From Microcoleaceae cyanobacterium (GTDB taxonomy: Bacteria > Cyanobacteriota > Cyanobacteriia > Cyanobacteriales > Microcoleaceae), in the NCBI GenBank assembly GCA_051652765.1, contig JBOFUV010000013.1, positions 1 through 63,713 of the forward strand: a stretch of 63,713 bases of DNA, read 5' to 3'. Shown in pieces: positions 62,899 through 63,713 of the stretch; the first letter of the stretch is position 1, and every line of letters starts with the position of its first letter. Below the pieces are notes generated by a model. The model had not been told where the DNA came from. It saw only the letters and a list, made by a program, of their open reading frames with translations, and searched no databases. The translations under genes and the position numbers were made by a program.

Positions 62899-63159
62899 AT
62901 GATTCTACTCTATCGGTACGTCGGAATCTCACTGCTGTTTATCTGTGGAACAGGACTCTTCTCCTTGGCGGCCAGAATTAATCAAAACATGAGAAATCCT
63001 GGATTCTGGTTAGCGGTTATCGCGGCAATCATTCTGGGTTTCTTAGGTTCCTATTTCTACGAACAACGCCACACGAACGAACAATGGCACGAGGGATTCT
63101 TCCTAATCCTTGCCGTTGCATTTTGCTTAATCCTTGGAGGTGTCTTGCAATGGGTATGA
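62899..63159 (+). CDS. Small three-TM membrane protein
   Basis: Three hydrophobic segments in 86 aa; the stop overlaps the next start. Confidence 0.7.
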   Translation: MILLYRYVGISLLFICGTGLFSLAARINQNMRNPGFWLAVIAAIILGFLGSYFYEQRHTNEQWHEGFFLILAVAFCLILGGVLQWV

Positions 63160-63713
63160 TTCTCAACCCTCACCAAAACAATGAGGGCATTAAAGACAGT
63201 TGGCATTTACTCAATTTAATCTGTATTGGAGCCATGATATCAGCCCCTATTCTGACGATTTACACCCCCTTCCTAACCCGTAACGTTGCTAACCGATTCC
63301 TTACCCTGTTCTATGGGTTAGGCAGTGGCATCACCCTCACCAGTAGCAGTTTGAAACTGGCTAAACTCCAGACCCGAATTAAAGCCATTGAGAGCTACGA
63401 AATTGCTAGCTTTAAGCATCAGATTGCCAGTGACCTGTACCTAACTCAGGCAACTAACGAAGCCATCGCGGAAACCCTGTTAGGAGAGCGGAAAGAATCT
63501 TTACAGCCCGTGCTAACGGTGGAAGCAGTCAGGAAAGCGGATTACCCCGATTTACTAACGGGAAGTGCTAACGCCGTTAGTAGCTTGGGTAACGGCGTTA
63601 GCGGAAATGTTAGCGGAAACGGAAATGAGGCGGTAATTAATGCCTTAGCCACTGGGAAAACCGATAGCTGGATCATTCAGAACGTCTTGGGCATGAAGGG
63701 CAGAAACTACAGC
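63150..63713 (+). CDS. Hypothetical protein with 1-2 N-terminal TM segments (partial; absent from the ORF track because it has no stop in the window)
   Basis: Open frame MGMILNPHQ...LICIGAMISAPILTIY...AVINALATGKTDSWIIQNVLGMKGRNYS to the window end; ATGA overlap at 63156-63159. Confidence 0.75.
   Translation, partial: MGMILNPHQNNEGIKDSWHLLNLICIGAMISAPILTIYTPFLTRNVANRFLTLFYGLGSGITLTSSSLKLAKLQTRIKAIESYEIASFKHQIASDLYLTQATNEAIAETLLGERKESLQPVLTVEAVRKADYPDLLTGSANAVSSLGNGVSGNVSGNGNEAVINALATGKTDSWIIQNVLGMKGRNYS

Larger units (their letters stand above)
60124..63713. mobile_element. Probable integrated element (plasmid/ICE/phage-like) at the tRNA-Ser 3' end, continuing beyond the window
   Basis: Adjacent to a tRNA, no HIP1 found, repeat field, RHH gene and an operon of unknown small ORFs. 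No integrase or attR is visible. Confidence 0.7.

Overview
This is a 63.7 kb chromosomal window from a cyanobacterium, judged from dense HIP1 GCGATCGC sites plus chlP, petJ and a phycobiliprotein-like gene. It opens with the 3' end of a probable ISAs1-family IS abutting a palindromic repeat. Most of the window is ordinary genes: chlP, an OmpR-type two-component pair with an RTX protein, manC, an LCP protein, murE, a ureEFGDAB cluster lacking ureC, dnaK, petJ facing a PetR/PetP-like BlaI-M56 pair, an HD-domain gene divergent from a cyclase-STAND-TPR gene, argS, glcEF coupled to an AplA-like gene, nurA, murQ, two giant surface proteins, ftsH, SPFH, GH116 and nadA. A ~115 bp MITE-like repeat occurs three times, and 12-14 bp tandem micro-arrays sit at several gene boundaries. 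After tRNA-Ser(TGA) at 60039-60123 the sequence changes character. It has no HIP1 site that I could find, a ~530 bp nested repeat field, an RHH/coiled-coil gene pair and an operon of unknown, partly membrane proteins that runs off the window end. This probable integrated element is the most novel part. All calls come from reading motifs by eye; no database search was run.
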